The position numbers and the translations under genes are program-made. Positions 10,747-24,515 of a stretch of DNA of 64,000 bases are shown one piece after another (within the stretch, counting starts at the first letter, position 1; the number at the start of each line of letters is the position of its first letter). This DNA is from Escherichia coli (GTDB lineage: Bacteria > Pseudomonadota > Gammaproteobacteria > Enterobacterales > Enterobacteriaceae): NCBI RefSeq assembly GCF_045037415.1, contig NZ_CP173438.1. One strand, given 5' to 3'. The notes beneath the pieces were generated by a model. The model saw only the letters and a list, made by a program, of their open reading frames with translations. It ran no database searches and was not told where the DNA came from.

Positions 10747-10978
10747 TAGGTATGAACAATGAGTCTACGTTAAAACGTAACCTCAAATTAGTATGTGGAT
10801 TTTGATATCACTTATGCAAAAAATTCATTAATAATGTAGGACTGAAACCTCTCTATTTTTGGGGCAATGAAGCAGACGCTATCAGTGCTTTTGCCTTGGG
10901 ACTTGCTGTTTTTGATACACTTAGGGCCCAGGACATAACGAAAATGTGCGATATGACAAAGAATTAACGGAGTATGTG

Positions 10979-11836
10979 ATGATCAGGCAGAAGATTCTAC
11001 AGCAGCTCCTGGAGTGGATTGAGTGCAATCTTGAGCACCCTATTTCAATCGAAGATATCGCACAGAAATCTGGCTACAGCAGACGCAACATCCAGCTTCT
11101 GTTCCGAAATTTCATGCATGTGCCTTTGGGAGAATACATTCGCAAACGAAGGCTTTGTCGTGCCGCCATTCTTGTCCGGCTCTCCGCGAAATCTATGCTT
11201 GATATTGCACTCTCTTTGCATTTTGATTCACAGCAGTCATTCAGCCGCGAATTTAAAAAGTTATTCGGCTGCTCTCCCCGTGAATACCGCCACCGTGATT
11301 ATTGGGATCTCGCAAATATCTTCCCTTCTTTTTTAATACGTCAACAGCAAAAGACGGAGTGTAGATTAGTCAACTTTCCTGAGACACCTATTTTTGGCAA
11401 TTCATTTAAATATGATATTGAAGTGTCGAATAAATTACCGGATGAAGAAGTCAAACTGCGACGTCATCATTTAGTCAGATGTATGAAGAATTTTAAGACG
11501 GATATCTATTTCGTCTCCACGTTCGAACCATCAACAAAATCGGTCGATTTGCTCACAGTTGAAACTTTTGCCGGTACGGTATGCAAACAAACCGATTCAG
11601 AGATGCCGAAAGAGTGGACAATTAACCGAGGACTGTATGCCTCTTTCCGCTATGAAGGTGAGTGGGAGCACTACCCTGAATGGGCGCGAAACCTCTATCT
11701 GATGGAATTACCTGCCAGGGGGTTAGCCAGAGTGAACGGCAGTGATATTGAGCGATTTTATTACAATGAAAACTTCGTCGAAATTGATAGCAATAACATT
11801 GTTTGCGAAATTTTTATCCCCGTTCGCCCGGTTTAG
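10979..11836 (+). CDS. ykgA: AraC/XylS-family regulator with N-terminal HTH and C-terminal GyrI-like effector domain (Rob-like architecture); possibly ykgA
   Basis: N-terminal AraC HTH (SIEDIAQKSGYSRRNIQLLF ... GCSPREYR); start taken at MIRQKIL; the symbol is assigned by position only. Confidence 0.5.
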   Translation: MIRQKILQQLLEWIECNLEHPISIEDIAQKSGYSRRNIQLLFRNFMHVPLGEYIRKRRLCRAAILVRLSAKSMLDIALSLHFDSQQSFSREFKKLFGCSPREYRHRDYWDLANIFPSFLIRQQQKTECRLVNFPETPIFGNSFKYDIEVSNKLPDEEVKLRRHHLVRCMKNFKTDIYFVSTFEPSTKSVDLLTVETFAGTVCKQTDSEMPKEWTINRGLYASFRYEGEWEHYPEWARNLYLMELPARGLARVNGSDIERFYYNENFVEIDSNNIVCEIFIPVRPV

Positions 11837-11960
11837 CCTGTAACTCCATCACATAAGATTTACCCTACCCTGCCACCGTCTAATCGGTGCCAGGGTAGGT
11901 ATTCAGTAAATAATGGCGCTGCGCATGTCAACGCCATTATTATTTATTACATCGTCGTTT

Positions 11961-14900
11961 TTATTTCTCCTCAGCACCTTCAGTATCTGCAGGAACGGCG
12001 TTAATTGTCACAGTCACGGGTTTCATTTCATACCCTCCATATGTCAAAGAGTTGAATGTGAATGTGTATGTACCTGGCTTGTTGGTACTAAATGTACGCG
12101 TGATTTTCCCGCTCGCGAAATGGTCATTTTTCGACGGCAGGAACTGATAATCCGCCTCTGTCACCCCTTCCGGAGCCTCAATGTCGACCCACATGGTTCC
12201 TCCTACCGGGTTGTTTGCCGAGAACAGGGTTACCGTCAGTGTTGCTGTCGTTACCCCATCCGCCACCAGAGAATGCACATCAGATGTTGCGGCGAGCTCC
12301 GCGTTTTTATCATCCGCGACGAATTTAGATTCGGCAGTTTTCGTCGATTCCTGACCGTCGGCCTGTTCCACTTTCGCCGTGAGTGTATATGTCGCTGCGA
12401 CAGTGGTCGTGGCGGTGAAAATAGCCTGCCCTTGCTCATTCGTTGTCGCCGTCCCATTGGGAGTCAGAACTAAATTTTCCGGGCTGGCAGTCAGCGTCAC
12501 TTCGCTATCTTTCAGCAGGTTGTTATTGGCATCAGTCACCGTAACTTTATACGTCTGTTTGGTTTTGCCGTCCGCCACTGCACGGTTGCCAATCACCTCA
12601 ATACTGGAGATGGTCGCCGTAGTCTTATCGGCCACAAACGTTACAGACTGCGCATTCGAAGGCTGGTCATTTCCTGCTGACGCCGTGATCTCATAGGTTC
12701 CGGCAGTCACGGAAACCACCTGCAACTCCGCTTTCCCCTCATCGTTGGCTTTCACCCACACATTATCGCCTGTAAGCGGCTTGACACCCCGGGGCAGATT
12801 AAAGGTCACCAGGCTCCCTGGAACAGGGTTACCATTTTTATCCTCAACGTTCGCCGTCAGCGTAAAGGCATCTTTGCCGTTTGCCACTTTTTGAACGGCG
12901 GTGTCTACCTGCAGGTTTGCCTGACCGGTGCTGGCATCCGCGTTGAATTTCACCGTGACCGTCTTCTGAGCACCATTCACCGAAGCGGAAATATTGTGTT
13001 CTCCCGCAACCGTTGACATAAGCTCAATGTCCACTTTCCCTGCCGCATTGGTTGTTACTGTATTCCCCGTCTTGCTGGTCACACCCTGCGGTAAAGTCAG
13101 CGTAACTTCTTGCCCCTGCAACGGGTTACCATAGCTGTCCACGACGGTCAGGGTTATCTGGTTAGCAGACTGTCCATTAGCCAGTTGGTTATTAACCTTC
13201 ACTGTCATATCACGAATCTCAGCCTTAGATGCGTCACCTGCAACATTCAGCACCAGTGGCTGAGCAACGGCATTTTGGCCGTTCACTCGCGGCATCACAG
13301 ACAACTGACCCGCGGCAGATCCCAGCGTTAAGGTCGACACGTAGACCCCATTACCTTTCTCTGTCCAGTTTCCTGCTGAAGGACGCTCACTCCCCGTGCT
13401 GGCGGCACCACTAAACACTGGTGCATCTGGCTTCAGCCCGGTGACCGGATTCCCGTACGCATCCTTCACGGTGAAGGTGAGTTCCGTCGTCGTTTTAACC
13501 GTTGGAGTTTTATTGTCCGCAACAAGCGTAGAGTTCGCTGATGACATCTCTCCGGCAATAACAGTCAGCTGCGCGGCTTCGGTGGCTGCAGGCTGGCCGT
13601 TGAAGAGCGGCATGACACGAAGCTCGCCCGTCTTTCCGCCTGTAGTTAACGTAGCAACATAGGAACCGTCACCTTTTTCGGTCCAACTGGAAACGGTCGC
13701 CCCTTCAGAGGCGGTCCCCGTCAAACTTGCCGACAACGAAAGACCACTGATAGCGTTGCCATGCGCATCTTTCGCCACCAGCGTTACGGTTGTGCTTTCA
13801 CCGGCTTTTACGTGATCTTCTGCGACAGAGACTTTCGACTGGTTTGAAGATAATGCATCAGCCACCACGGTTACTTTTGCCGCATTCGCTGCCGCGTCCT
13901 GCCCATTGAGCTTCGGCATAACGTCTAATTCACCCGCCGTAGTGCCGAGAGAAATCTGCGCAATCCAGGTCCCGTCGCCATTATCCGTCCAGCCTGATGC
14001 CGTAGAACCAGCAGCAGCTGCGCCCGATAATGACGGTGCATCCGGATTGAGGCCAGTTACAGGGTTGTCATTAGCATCTTTTGCCGTCCAGATTGCCGTA
14101 ACTGTACCGCCAACCACCGGTTTATCAGGATTCAGGGTGATGGACGAATGTGCTGCATCAAGCGGCCCGGCAACAAACTTCAGCGTTTGTTGTAACGTGC
14201 CCAGCTGATACTGCTCGCTGAAGGCACGCACAACAACGTTCCCGGCACGGGTCGAAGAAACCGTGGCGCTGTAAACCCCTGGTTTTATTTCCGAAATGGC
14301 ACCAACGGTTACACCATTAGTGTCTTGCGGAACAAGTCGCAGGCGGCTGGCTTCTCCCGTCACCGGATTACCCTCGGAGTCCACCGCTGTCAGTGTCAGC
14401 GTGTAGGCTTGCTGACCATCAGCAACCACATCACCTGACGGCTCGTTAGCGCTCAGGGTGGAGTTTGCCACATCCATCATCGTGGCCCGCAGTTCTGCAG
14501 TGACAGTTTTGCTCATGTCATCAACGCTAACAGTAATCGTTGCCTCACCTGACTGCGTTCCGGTAGTAAAGACAGACTGATACACCCCTGATTCAGTTTC
14601 GGTGAACTCACCCAGTGTTGGCTTTGCCTGTGATTTAGTGGCCTTCAGGGTACGAGTCACAATATTTCCAGCCGGTTTGAAGGTTAGTTCAGTCTTGATC
14701 TGATCTTTCATGCCCGTGACTGGCTGACCCTCGGCGTCGCGCAGAGACAGCACCAGCGGCTTTTGCTCATTACCGTTAGCAAGCATTTGAATACGGCTCT
14801 GACCGTCAAGCGTTAACGCCGTACGATCGGCGCTCATACCAGCTCCGCTAATAACCACTTCTGTCTGCACACGTTTCGAGGCATTGCCTTTGTTATCGTA

Positions 14901-16208
14901 GGCAATCGCTGAAATCGCATAATAATTGTCTTTGCCTGCCTGATAAGCCGGGAGCGTCACTTGCCACTGATTGCCCTGCCCCGTAATTTTTCCGCCTGCG
15001 GCCAGCAAAGACGGCGCTTCCCATTGCACATTTTTCAGACCGTGAGTTGCTTTGCTGACCACAAGCCCCAGGGAAACCGTCTGGCCGCCCTTGCCTTCAA
15101 TACGCTCAGGCAGAGCAATACGGATCACTTCAGATTTGCGATACTCAAGAACGATATTGTTATTACGCTCAACCAGGTCATAGCGGCTGCCTGCCAGCAT
15201 TCGACGCTCGCGAATGCTGTCTGTATCGAGTTGTTTTTCCAGAGGTTCGCCAATCCGATAATTAACTTCCAGGCCAAAGCGAGTGTCATTCTCACCACTC
15301 TTGCCCTGCTTATGCCCGGCACTCAGGGTCAGAAGAGGCACTGGCGTGTAATTCACTTCAGCGGTAATCGCATGTGGATCTTTCTGGCGTTTATCTTTAC
15401 CAAACAGCCCGACTTCATCGCCATAATACTGTTCATACATGAGGCTTGCGCCAAGCTGCGGCCAGGCAGGTAAATAGCCCTCAGCACGAATATCCCAGCC
15501 ATTCGCCGGGCGTTCCTGATAATCCTCAACATCCGGCGATTTTTTCCAGCCAGAAGCCCGGATATAACCATTGGCGCTCAGTTTCAAATAATCACGCCAG
15601 TATTCCGCACCAACACCAATGCGGGTATGACTACGGGATAAATCATGATCGATAAAAGTATTCACCCCCGCCATCCAGTCATTTTCTGAAAAATGACGCC
15701 AGCCAAAACCAATATTTGACTGAGTACGATCGTCGGTACGATGTATTGCCCCCTGAGTGAACAACATATTTGTCGGTGTATCATAAATCGGATAAAGCAT
15801 TTCCAGCGAAGAGTCCTTCAGCGAGAAATTTTTATCGACATTCAGTTTGACGCGCGCAGTACCGTATTTCCCGAGCCACTCCTGAATTTCCTGGTTAGCT
15901 TTAGCGGTGGCCATTCCGGTAATAAAGTTACGTGTCGCATCGCTATCTGGCTGACTGCTTAAAAATGTCCCGGCATTAGCGGCAAGCGACGCGACATTTT
16001 TCTCCACGTTATTATTAGCAGTTACCGTAGTATTTTCCATGCTCAACCGTGGCTGAACCGCATGCTGCGCACGTGCTGCCATTACTGGCGTAAAGGTGAC
16101 TGCGAGTGGAAAAAGAACCTGAACAGAGATATTTGCCCACGCCACGCAGCGGGCCAGAACTGAATAACGAAATCGTGGCTGTTTATTGTCTGTTTTATAA
16201 CGTGACAT
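11961..16208 (-). CDS. eaeH: Intimin/invasin-like adhesin EaeH/FdeC, full length (1415 aa)
   Basis: N-terminal MSRYKT...RFRYSVLARCVAWANISVQVLFPLA, inverse-autotransporter barrel region, then many Ig-like repeat modules; K-12 carries only a truncated copy. Confidence 0.85.
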   Translation of the reverse strand: MSRYKTDNKQPRFRYSVLARCVAWANISVQVLFPLAVTFTPVMAARAQHAVQPRLSMENTTVTANNNVEKNVASLAANAGTFLSSQPDSDATRNFITGMATAKANQEIQEWLGKYGTARVKLNVDKNFSLKDSSLEMLYPIYDTPTNMLFTQGAIHRTDDRTQSNIGFGWRHFSENDWMAGVNTFIDHDLSRSHTRIGVGAEYWRDYLKLSANGYIRASGWKKSPDVEDYQERPANGWDIRAEGYLPAWPQLGASLMYEQYYGDEVGLFGKDKRQKDPHAITAEVNYTPVPLLTLSAGHKQGKSGENDTRFGLEVNYRIGEPLEKQLDTDSIRERRMLAGSRYDLVERNNNIVLEYRKSEVIRIALPERIEGKGGQTVSLGLVVSKATHGLKNVQWEAPSLLAAGGKITGQGNQWQVTLPAYQAGKDNYYAISAIAYDNKGNASKRVQTEVVISGAGMSADRTALTLDGQSRIQMLANGNEQKPLVLSLRDAEGQPVTGMKDQIKTELTFKPAGNIVTRTLKATKSQAKPTLGEFTETESGVYQSVFTTGTQSGEATITVSVDDMSKTVTAELRATMMDVANSTLSANEPSGDVVADGQQAYTLTLTAVDSEGNPVTGEASRLRLVPQDTNGVTVGAISEIKPGVYSATVSSTRAGNVVVRAFSEQYQLGTLQQTLKFVAGPLDAAHSSITLNPDKPVVGGTVTAIWTAKDANDNPVTGLNPDAPSLSGAAAAGSTASGWTDNGDGTWIAQISLGTTAGELDVMPKLNGQDAAANAAKVTVVADALSSNQSKVSVAEDHVKAGESTTVTLVAKDAHGNAISGLSLSASLTGTASEGATVSSWTEKGDGSYVATLTTGGKTGELRVMPLFNGQPAATEAAQLTVIAGEMSSANSTLVADNKTPTVKTTTELTFTVKDAYGNPVTGLKPDAPVFSGAASTGSERPSAGNWTEKGNGVYVSTLTLGSAAGQLSVMPRVNGQNAVAQPLVLNVAGDASKAEIRDMTVKVNNQLANGQSANQITLTVVDSYGNPLQGQEVTLTLPQGVTSKTGNTVTTNAAGKVDIELMSTVAGEHNISASVNGAQKTVTVKFNADASTGQANLQVDTAVQKVANGKDAFTLTANVEDKNGNPVPGSLVTFNLPRGVKPLTGDNVWVKANDEGKAELQVVSVTAGTYEITASAGNDQPSNAQSVTFVADKTTATISSIEVIGNRAVADGKTKQTYKVTVTDANNNLLKDSEVTLTASPENLVLTPNGTATTNEQGQAIFTATTTVAATYTLTAKVEQADGQESTKTAESKFVADDKNAELAATSDVHSLVADGVTTATLTVTLFSANNPVGGTMWVDIEAPEGVTEADYQFLPSKNDHFASGKITRTFSTNKPGTYTFTFNSLTYGGYEMKPVTVTINAVPADTEGAEEK

Positions 16209-16758
16209 TGAGATAATTTCCTGATGAACGAATTAACGAACATAGGCAGACACAAATAATGGCGTCTGCTTGTCAGAAAAACCGGGGATTTCCCGGTTTC
16301 CTTTTCCACAGAAAAGGAAATACCTTTATGTAAGAAAGTACACCGCCACCTAATATATCCAGTGTCTGTAGCCACTCATCAGGTGGTTGGGCGCGGGATT
16401 ATATTTTTATTTATGGGTAAAAATTTAGCTTTTTGTGCAAGTCATTAAATAGATACTTAAGTTATATTTCTTACTCTGCGGGCAGTGAATAATTCATTAT
16501 CCAGAGTGAATAATAATGACCCGTCTTTAATTAACTGCTATTGGGAGTACGTCGAAGTAAGTATATACGCCGGGATAAACCAATATATTTTTTATGGACA
16601 TTCATTTTTATTCATCGGACTGTAAATTCCGGGGATATCGAACTTGCACGACTAATCTCAACCCTCAAACAGATTTATGAATTTTGTTCATAACCCCTGA
16701 CAAATCCTGCCGTCTAATCGAGCTCTTCCCTTTACGTTATGCTTCTCATGAACGATAA

Positions 16759-19682
<2,924 letters not shown>

Positions 19683-19764
19683 CTAAACTTTCAGGAGATT
19701 TATTATGAATAAACGTATTCTCACGATTGCGCCATTCTTCTTACCGATATTCTGACACACATCA

Positions 19765-20691
19765 TTAACTTTCTATTTTTACTCTTTTCTCCACCATAAA
19801 ATCAATAAAAGCACGAACTTTAGAGGGCATTCTCACCCGAGATGAAACATATATATAAAATCCAGGAAATGAAACGGCCCAATCCTCAAGAATCGGCTGT
19901 AACTTGCCCGCATTGATATGTTCAGCGATTGCAAAATCCAGATGTTGAATGATACCCGTTCCATTCAGCGCCATTCGTATCATGCTTTCGTCATCATTAG
20001 AAATATACTTACCTGACACCTCTATTTCGAACTCTTCATTACCCCCCACAACATTCGAAAACTCCCATGCTGAGAGTGCACCGCTACTTTTATGCCGCAA
20101 CCGAAGACAATTATGGTTACTCAATTCCTGAGGAGTTTCAGGAATACCGTGTTCTTTTAAATAATCTGGCGATGCCACAGTAACCAGTTTAATAAGCGGA
20201 GAAACAGGAATGGCAGTCATATGCTCATCCAGTCCTTGCTCAAGACGTATGCCCACATCACAGCCGTCCGCAATAATGTTAGATAAACCGTCATCCATAA
20301 TGAGTTCTATCTTTGTTTTGGGGTAACGAGTAAGAAACTCGCCAATATGAGGCTCAACAAGCATCCTTGCTGCAACACGGGAGGAATTTATTCTCAACAG
20401 TCCTGTAGGTTCAAGTTGGGTATCACCGACATCTTTCAACGCATCATCAATTTGCCCCAAAGCCGACACCAGCACTTCATACAGATGCTGTCCTTCCTCA
20501 GTAAGCGACATATTGCGGGTTGTACGGTATATCAGCTTGGTGTTAAGACGTTCCTCAAGAGATTTTAAATTCTGGGACAATGCGGCCCGCGTAATACCCA
20601 TTTCAGAGGCTGCTCTGGAAAAACTGCCGGCACGAACAATCAGCGCAAACCAGGCAAGGGAAGGCAAAATTGAAGGCTCTATTTTCATCAT
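19765..20691 (-). CDS. LysR-family transcriptional regulator
   Basis: LysR HTH (FALIVRAGSFSRAASEMGITRAALSQNLKSLEERL); start taken at MMKIEPS; divergent from the hydrolase gene. Confidence 0.7.
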   Translation of the reverse strand: MMKIEPSILPSLAWFALIVRAGSFSRAASEMGITRAALSQNLKSLEERLNTKLIYRTTRNMSLTEEGQHLYEVLVSALGQIDDALKDVGDTQLEPTGLLRINSSRVAARMLVEPHIGEFLTRYPKTKIELIMDDGLSNIIADGCDVGIRLEQGLDEHMTAIPVSPLIKLVTVASPDYLKEHGIPETPQELSNHNCLRLRHKSSGALSAWEFSNVVGGNEEFEIEVSGKYISNDDESMIRMALNGTGIIQHLDFAIAEHINAGKLQPILEDWAVSFPGFYIYVSSRVRMPSKVRAFIDFMVEKRVKIES

Positions 20692-20847
20692 TGTAAACCT
20701 TAACTTAACACTGTGATAGATATTAGACCATTGATGATAACCAATACAAGTCATACTATTACGCCGTTCGCGATATGAACACGAATGCCAGTTGCGGATA
20801 ATAGAAATGATATTTAAATCTGTTTAGGCAAATCCCTGGAGCTTGAA

Positions 20848-21768
20848 ATGAAAACTGTTTCAATAAAACACACTTACTGGGATATAGCTGCTGATATCTA
20901 TTTCCCTGACGATTTTAATAGTGAAAAAAAGTATCCTGCCATTATCAGTGCCCATCCAATTGGAAGCTGCAAAGAACAGACATCGGGTAGTGTGTATGGT
21001 GCCGCCCTGGCAAAAGCTGGCTTTATCGTCATTGCTTTTAATGCCAGTTTTCAGGGAAGCAGCGGTGGAGAACCGCGTTATCTGGAAGATCCAACAATGC
21101 GAGTAAAAGACTTCAGCATTGTCGTTGATTACCTTACCACCTTACCTTACGTTGATGCCGGGCGTATTGGTGTACTGGGTATTTGTGGTGGAGGTGGATA
21201 TGCCATTAATGCCGCAATGACAGAACGTCGGATTAAAGCCATTGGTACTGTCACAGGTGCAAACTACGGGCGTCTTATGCGTGAGGGATTTACAGCGTTT
21301 AATCCTATCGGAGCACTCGAAGCAATGGCGCAACAAAGAACAGACGAAGCTAACGGCGCAAAACTTCGCGTAGATGATTTGCTTCCTTCTTCTCCGGAAG
21401 CAGCTCTTGAAGCGGGATTAACAGAAATAGACCTTTTTGAAGCAACAGAATATTATCGTTCGCCACGAGGCTGTGCGCCTAATGGGGTAAATCGTTCGCT
21501 ATTTTCACATCAGACTGTTGCCGTGGGCTGGGATGCTTTTCATCTTGCAGAAGTCCTGTTAACTCAACCACTAATGGTTGTAGTAGGCGATAGAGTGGGC
21601 GCTTTTGGTGCCTATCGTGACGGCTGCGAAATTATTGGTCGTGCAGCCTCAAAACATAAAGAGTTGGTCGTGGTTGAAGGTTATTCACATTACGACCTGT
21701 ATGATAAGCCAGAACCTGTGAAACAGGCGCTCGATAAATTAATTCCTTTTTACAAAACACATTTGTAA
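20848..21768 (+). CDS. Alpha/beta hydrolase, dienelactone-hydrolase-like
   Basis: Nucleophile-elbow-like motif with Cys (GICGGGGYA) and alpha/beta-fold length. Confidence 0.55.
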   Translation: MKTVSIKHTYWDIAADIYFPDDFNSEKKYPAIISAHPIGSCKEQTSGSVYGAALAKAGFIVIAFNASFQGSSGGEPRYLEDPTMRVKDFSIVVDYLTTLPYVDAGRIGVLGICGGGGYAINAAMTERRIKAIGTVTGANYGRLMREGFTAFNPIGALEAMAQQRTDEANGAKLRVDDLLPSSPEAALEAGLTEIDLFEATEYYRSPRGCAPNGVNRSLFSHQTVAVGWDAFHLAEVLLTQPLMVVVGDRVGAFGAYRDGCEIIGRAASKHKELVVVEGYSHYDLYDKPEPVKQALDKLIPFYKTHL

Positions 21769-21940
21769 TAACCTTGCAGGGAGATTCATTATCTCCCTGA
21801 CATTTATCCTTTATTGACTACACGACAATAATAAAATTACTCAAAAAGAATTCTATTAAAGGAAAAAAGCATCAAAAAGTAGCAACTCAACTTATTAAGA
21901 TTATACGCATTAAAATCAGATAAACATTTGAGGTATTGTT

Positions 21941-23083
21941 ATGACAAATAAACACCCATCATTGTTTTCTCCTTTTATGCTGACAGAAAAAATAAAGCTA
22001 CGTAATCGTATCGTTATGGCTCCTATGACAACCTGGTCAGCTAATCCTGATGGAACCATCTCTGAGCAAGAACTCGAATTTTATAAACGTCGCTCACAAA
22101 ATGTTGGTTTAGTAATAACAGGATGTACCTATGTCACGCCAAGCGGCATTGGGTTTACTCATGAATTTGCCGCGTATGACGACCGTTTCATTAACAGCCT
22201 TGAAAAGTTAGCAGCTGCAGCCAAAAGTGGCGGTGCTCCGGCTATTTTGCAGATTTTCCACGCCGGTAATAAAGCCATCCCGGAGCTTGTGCCAAATTAC
22301 GATGTTATTAGTGCCAGCGCATCAAGCGTAAAATCTGGTGACTTTATGAAGAGAGTGGTACAAAGCAGGGAAATGACTGAAAACGAAATTCAGGAAACCA
22401 TTAGAGCATTCGGAGATGTCACAAAAAGGGCGATTAAAGCAGGTTTTGATGGCGTTGAACTTCATGGTGCGCACGGATTCCTTCTGCAGAATTTCTTCTC
22501 CCCTCTATTTAACCAGCGTAATGACCGATGGGGAGGAGATCTTGAAGGACGTATGCGCTTCCCGCTGGCCGTATTACAGGAAGTAAAAAATGTAGTCTAT
22601 GAATATGCGACAAAGCCCTTTGCTATCGGTTACAGAATATCTCCTGAAGAATCTGTAACAGGGGGACTGCGGATAGAGGATACTTATAAACTCCTTGATC
22701 GGCTCATTTCATCCGGTATTTCGTATATACATACCTCGCTGGTCAGTATTAACGATAGCTACCCTGTTGAGTCGCCAAATGGTCCCCGAACTATTGAATT
22801 GATTTTAAATCATATTGCAGGCAGAGTGCCGGTAATCGCCGCAGGTAAAATACGCACACCGTCTCAGGCTCAAGAAGCAATTTCCGCTGGCCTGCCACTT
22901 GTTGCGATCGGTAAAGGGCTGGTGATAAATCCAGAATGGGTGACTTTAGCTGAATCAGGTAGAAGTCATGAAATTCAAACAGCCCTTAATCCACAACGCG
23001 TTCCTGAATTAACCATTCCGGATAAACTATGGGATCAAATTCAGGCATCGAAAGGAACTGGCTGGTTTCCGTTAATGGATTAA
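21941..23083 (+). CDS. NADH:flavin oxidoreductase / Old Yellow Enzyme family
   Basis: OYE-family organisation (N-terminal MAPMT, central GVELHGAHGFLLQNFFSP); 380 aa. Confidence 0.75.
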   Translation: MTNKHPSLFSPFMLTEKIKLRNRIVMAPMTTWSANPDGTISEQELEFYKRRSQNVGLVITGCTYVTPSGIGFTHEFAAYDDRFINSLEKLAAAAKSGGAPAILQIFHAGNKAIPELVPNYDVISASASSVKSGDFMKRVVQSREMTENEIQETIRAFGDVTKRAIKAGFDGVELHGAHGFLLQNFFSPLFNQRNDRWGGDLEGRMRFPLAVLQEVKNVVYEYATKPFAIGYRISPEESVTGGLRIEDTYKLLDRLISSGISYIHTSLVSINDSYPVESPNGPRTIELILNHIAGRVPVIAAGKIRTPSQAQEAISAGLPLVAIGKGLVINPEWVTLAESGRSHEIQTALNPQRVPELTIPDKLWDQIQASKGTGWFPLMD

Positions 23084-23513
23084 ATATCGATTACTCTCCC
23101 GAGAGTAAAACTATCAAATCAATGAGTAACCGATACAGCCTCGCAAATTCTTTCAGATAATTAACCCGTCACTGCGGCACGTTCTCTCGCAAGGCGTGCC
23201 TGCAGTGTAATCCAGTATGTATCCGGCATAGTTGACGGTTTAATAGACTCAATTCCTCTCCCTGGTTACCTACAACGATATCTTGTATAACACCCCAGGA
23301 GATACGACGTTACGATGAGATGCGATATGCTCCTCAGCGCCAATCAACGCCAGGACTGGGCCAGTCTTGAGATCAGACTCATTCCCGTAACTGATTTCAG
23401 GCGACATATATCAATGACGTTGGGGCAATAAAAGATAGCCGATGTAATACATCTATTCAAATTTGTGATACATGTCAAAAAATTGGTTGACCAAACTCGT
23501 TATTTATATAAGG

Positions 23514-23537
23514 GCACTTACGAAGTGCACTCTTTTT
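23514..23537 (+). terminator. Short hairpin (gcactt-acg-aagtgc) followed by a T6 run
   Basis: Read directly; intrinsic-terminator-like, 20 nt before the ykgR ribosome-binding site. Confidence 0.4.
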
Positions 23538-23555
23538 TAAAGCGAGGAAGTACCA

Positions 23556-23657
23556 ATGAAAGAGAATAAAGTACAGCAAATCAGTCATAAACTGATTAAT
23601 ATCGTTGTTTTTGTCGCAATTGTAGAATACGCCTATTTATTTCTCCATTTCTATTAA
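23556..23657 (+). CDS. ykgR: Small membrane protein YkgR (33 aa)
   Basis: ATG 23556 preceded by gaggaag; encodes MKENKVQQISHKLINIVVFVAIVEYAYLFLHFY with one hydrophobic helix; not in the ORF track because under 60 aa. Confidence 0.5.
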   Translation: MKENKVQQISHKLINIVVFVAIVEYAYLFLHFY

Positions 23658-23992
23658 TAACGGCAATAAACTGTTCACTTCAGTGATATTTAAAATATGC
23701 ATCCTCTCCCTTTTTTGTAAGTAATTATTATATCCGTGGGAGAGGAATACACATTGTCAGGTAATCAATCATGCTGCAATAAATCATCGGCCAGTAAAGT
23801 GGAGATAGCCTCCATTCTCGAAAAATCCATACTCTCAGCGAAACCATCATCAATCACTCATCCAGGCGTTTATGGGAGCGTCGCCAATGGCTGCTAACAA
23901 TGCCAGACTTCCCCGTTGCGGAAATTCCACATCCCACAAATAGTCACAGTGATTGGGTGTTGAAATGATCCGGATGAGCATGTATCTTTACG

Positions 23993-24010
23993 GTTATGTT
24001 ATAACATAAC
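23993..24010 (+). promoter_or_regulatory. Zur-box-like perfect 18-bp palindrome GTTATGTTATAACATAAC just upstream of ykgM
   Basis: Palindrome read directly; resembles the Zur consensus core TGTTATA-N-TATAACA; ykgM-ykgO are known zinc-repressed ribosomal paralogs. Confidence 0.55.
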
Positions 24011-24021
24011 AGGTAAAAATG

Positions 24022-24285
24022 ATGAAACCCAATATCCATCCTGAGTATCGTACTGTGGTGTTCCACGACACCAGCGTTGATGAGTACTTTAAAATCGGCT
24101 CGACTATCAAAACAGACCGTGAGATTGAGCTGGATGGCGTAACGTATCCGTACGTAACAATTGATGTCTCTTCGAAATCGCACCCGTTCTATACAGGGAA
24201 GCTGAGAACAGTGGCATCAGAAGGAAATGTTGCACGGTTCACCCAACGTTTTGGTCGTTTTGTTAGCACGAAAAAGGGGGCATGA
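24022..24285 (+). CDS. ykgM: Ribosomal protein L31 paralog (zinc-independent), YkgM/RpmE2 (87 aa)
   Basis: L31-like sequence lacking the CxxC zinc ribbon ([18 protein letters not shown]...). Confidence 0.85.
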
Positions 24286-24425
24286 TGAAAGTCCTTAACT
24301 CTCTGCGTACCGCAAAAGAACGCCATCCAGACTGTCAGATTGTGAAGCGAAAAGGACGGCTGTATGTGATTTGTAAATCTAATCCACGTTTTAAGGCCGT
24401 TCAGGGTCGTAAGAAAAAACGTTGA
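24285..24425 (+). CDS. ykgO: Ribosomal protein L36 paralog YkgO/RpmJ2 (46 aa)
   Basis: ATG overlaps the ykgM stop (ATGA); encodes [46 protein letters not shown]; below the ORF-track size cutoff. Confidence 0.8.
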   Translation: MKVLNSLRTAKERHPDCQIVKRKGRLYVICKSNPRFKAVQGRKKKR

Positions 24426-24475
24426 TTTAAAATTCGACGAATTAACGATATTTGTCTGATTAATAATCAGACCGG

Positions 24476-24515
24476 ATTAATGTTGGTGTATTTATTACAC
24501 CAGCATTAATTTTCC
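24476..24515 (+). terminator. Intrinsic terminator after ykgMO: 15-bp imperfect stem then TTTTCC
   Basis: attaatgttggtgta-tttat-tacaccagcattaat followed by a T-run. Confidence 0.5.

Noticed and set aside
11913-15473. ORFs antisense to or overlapping eaeH (for example 11913..12473, 14961..15473)
   Set aside because: They lie entirely inside the large eaeH frame on the opposite strand and have no start context or recognisable features; likely shadow ORFs.
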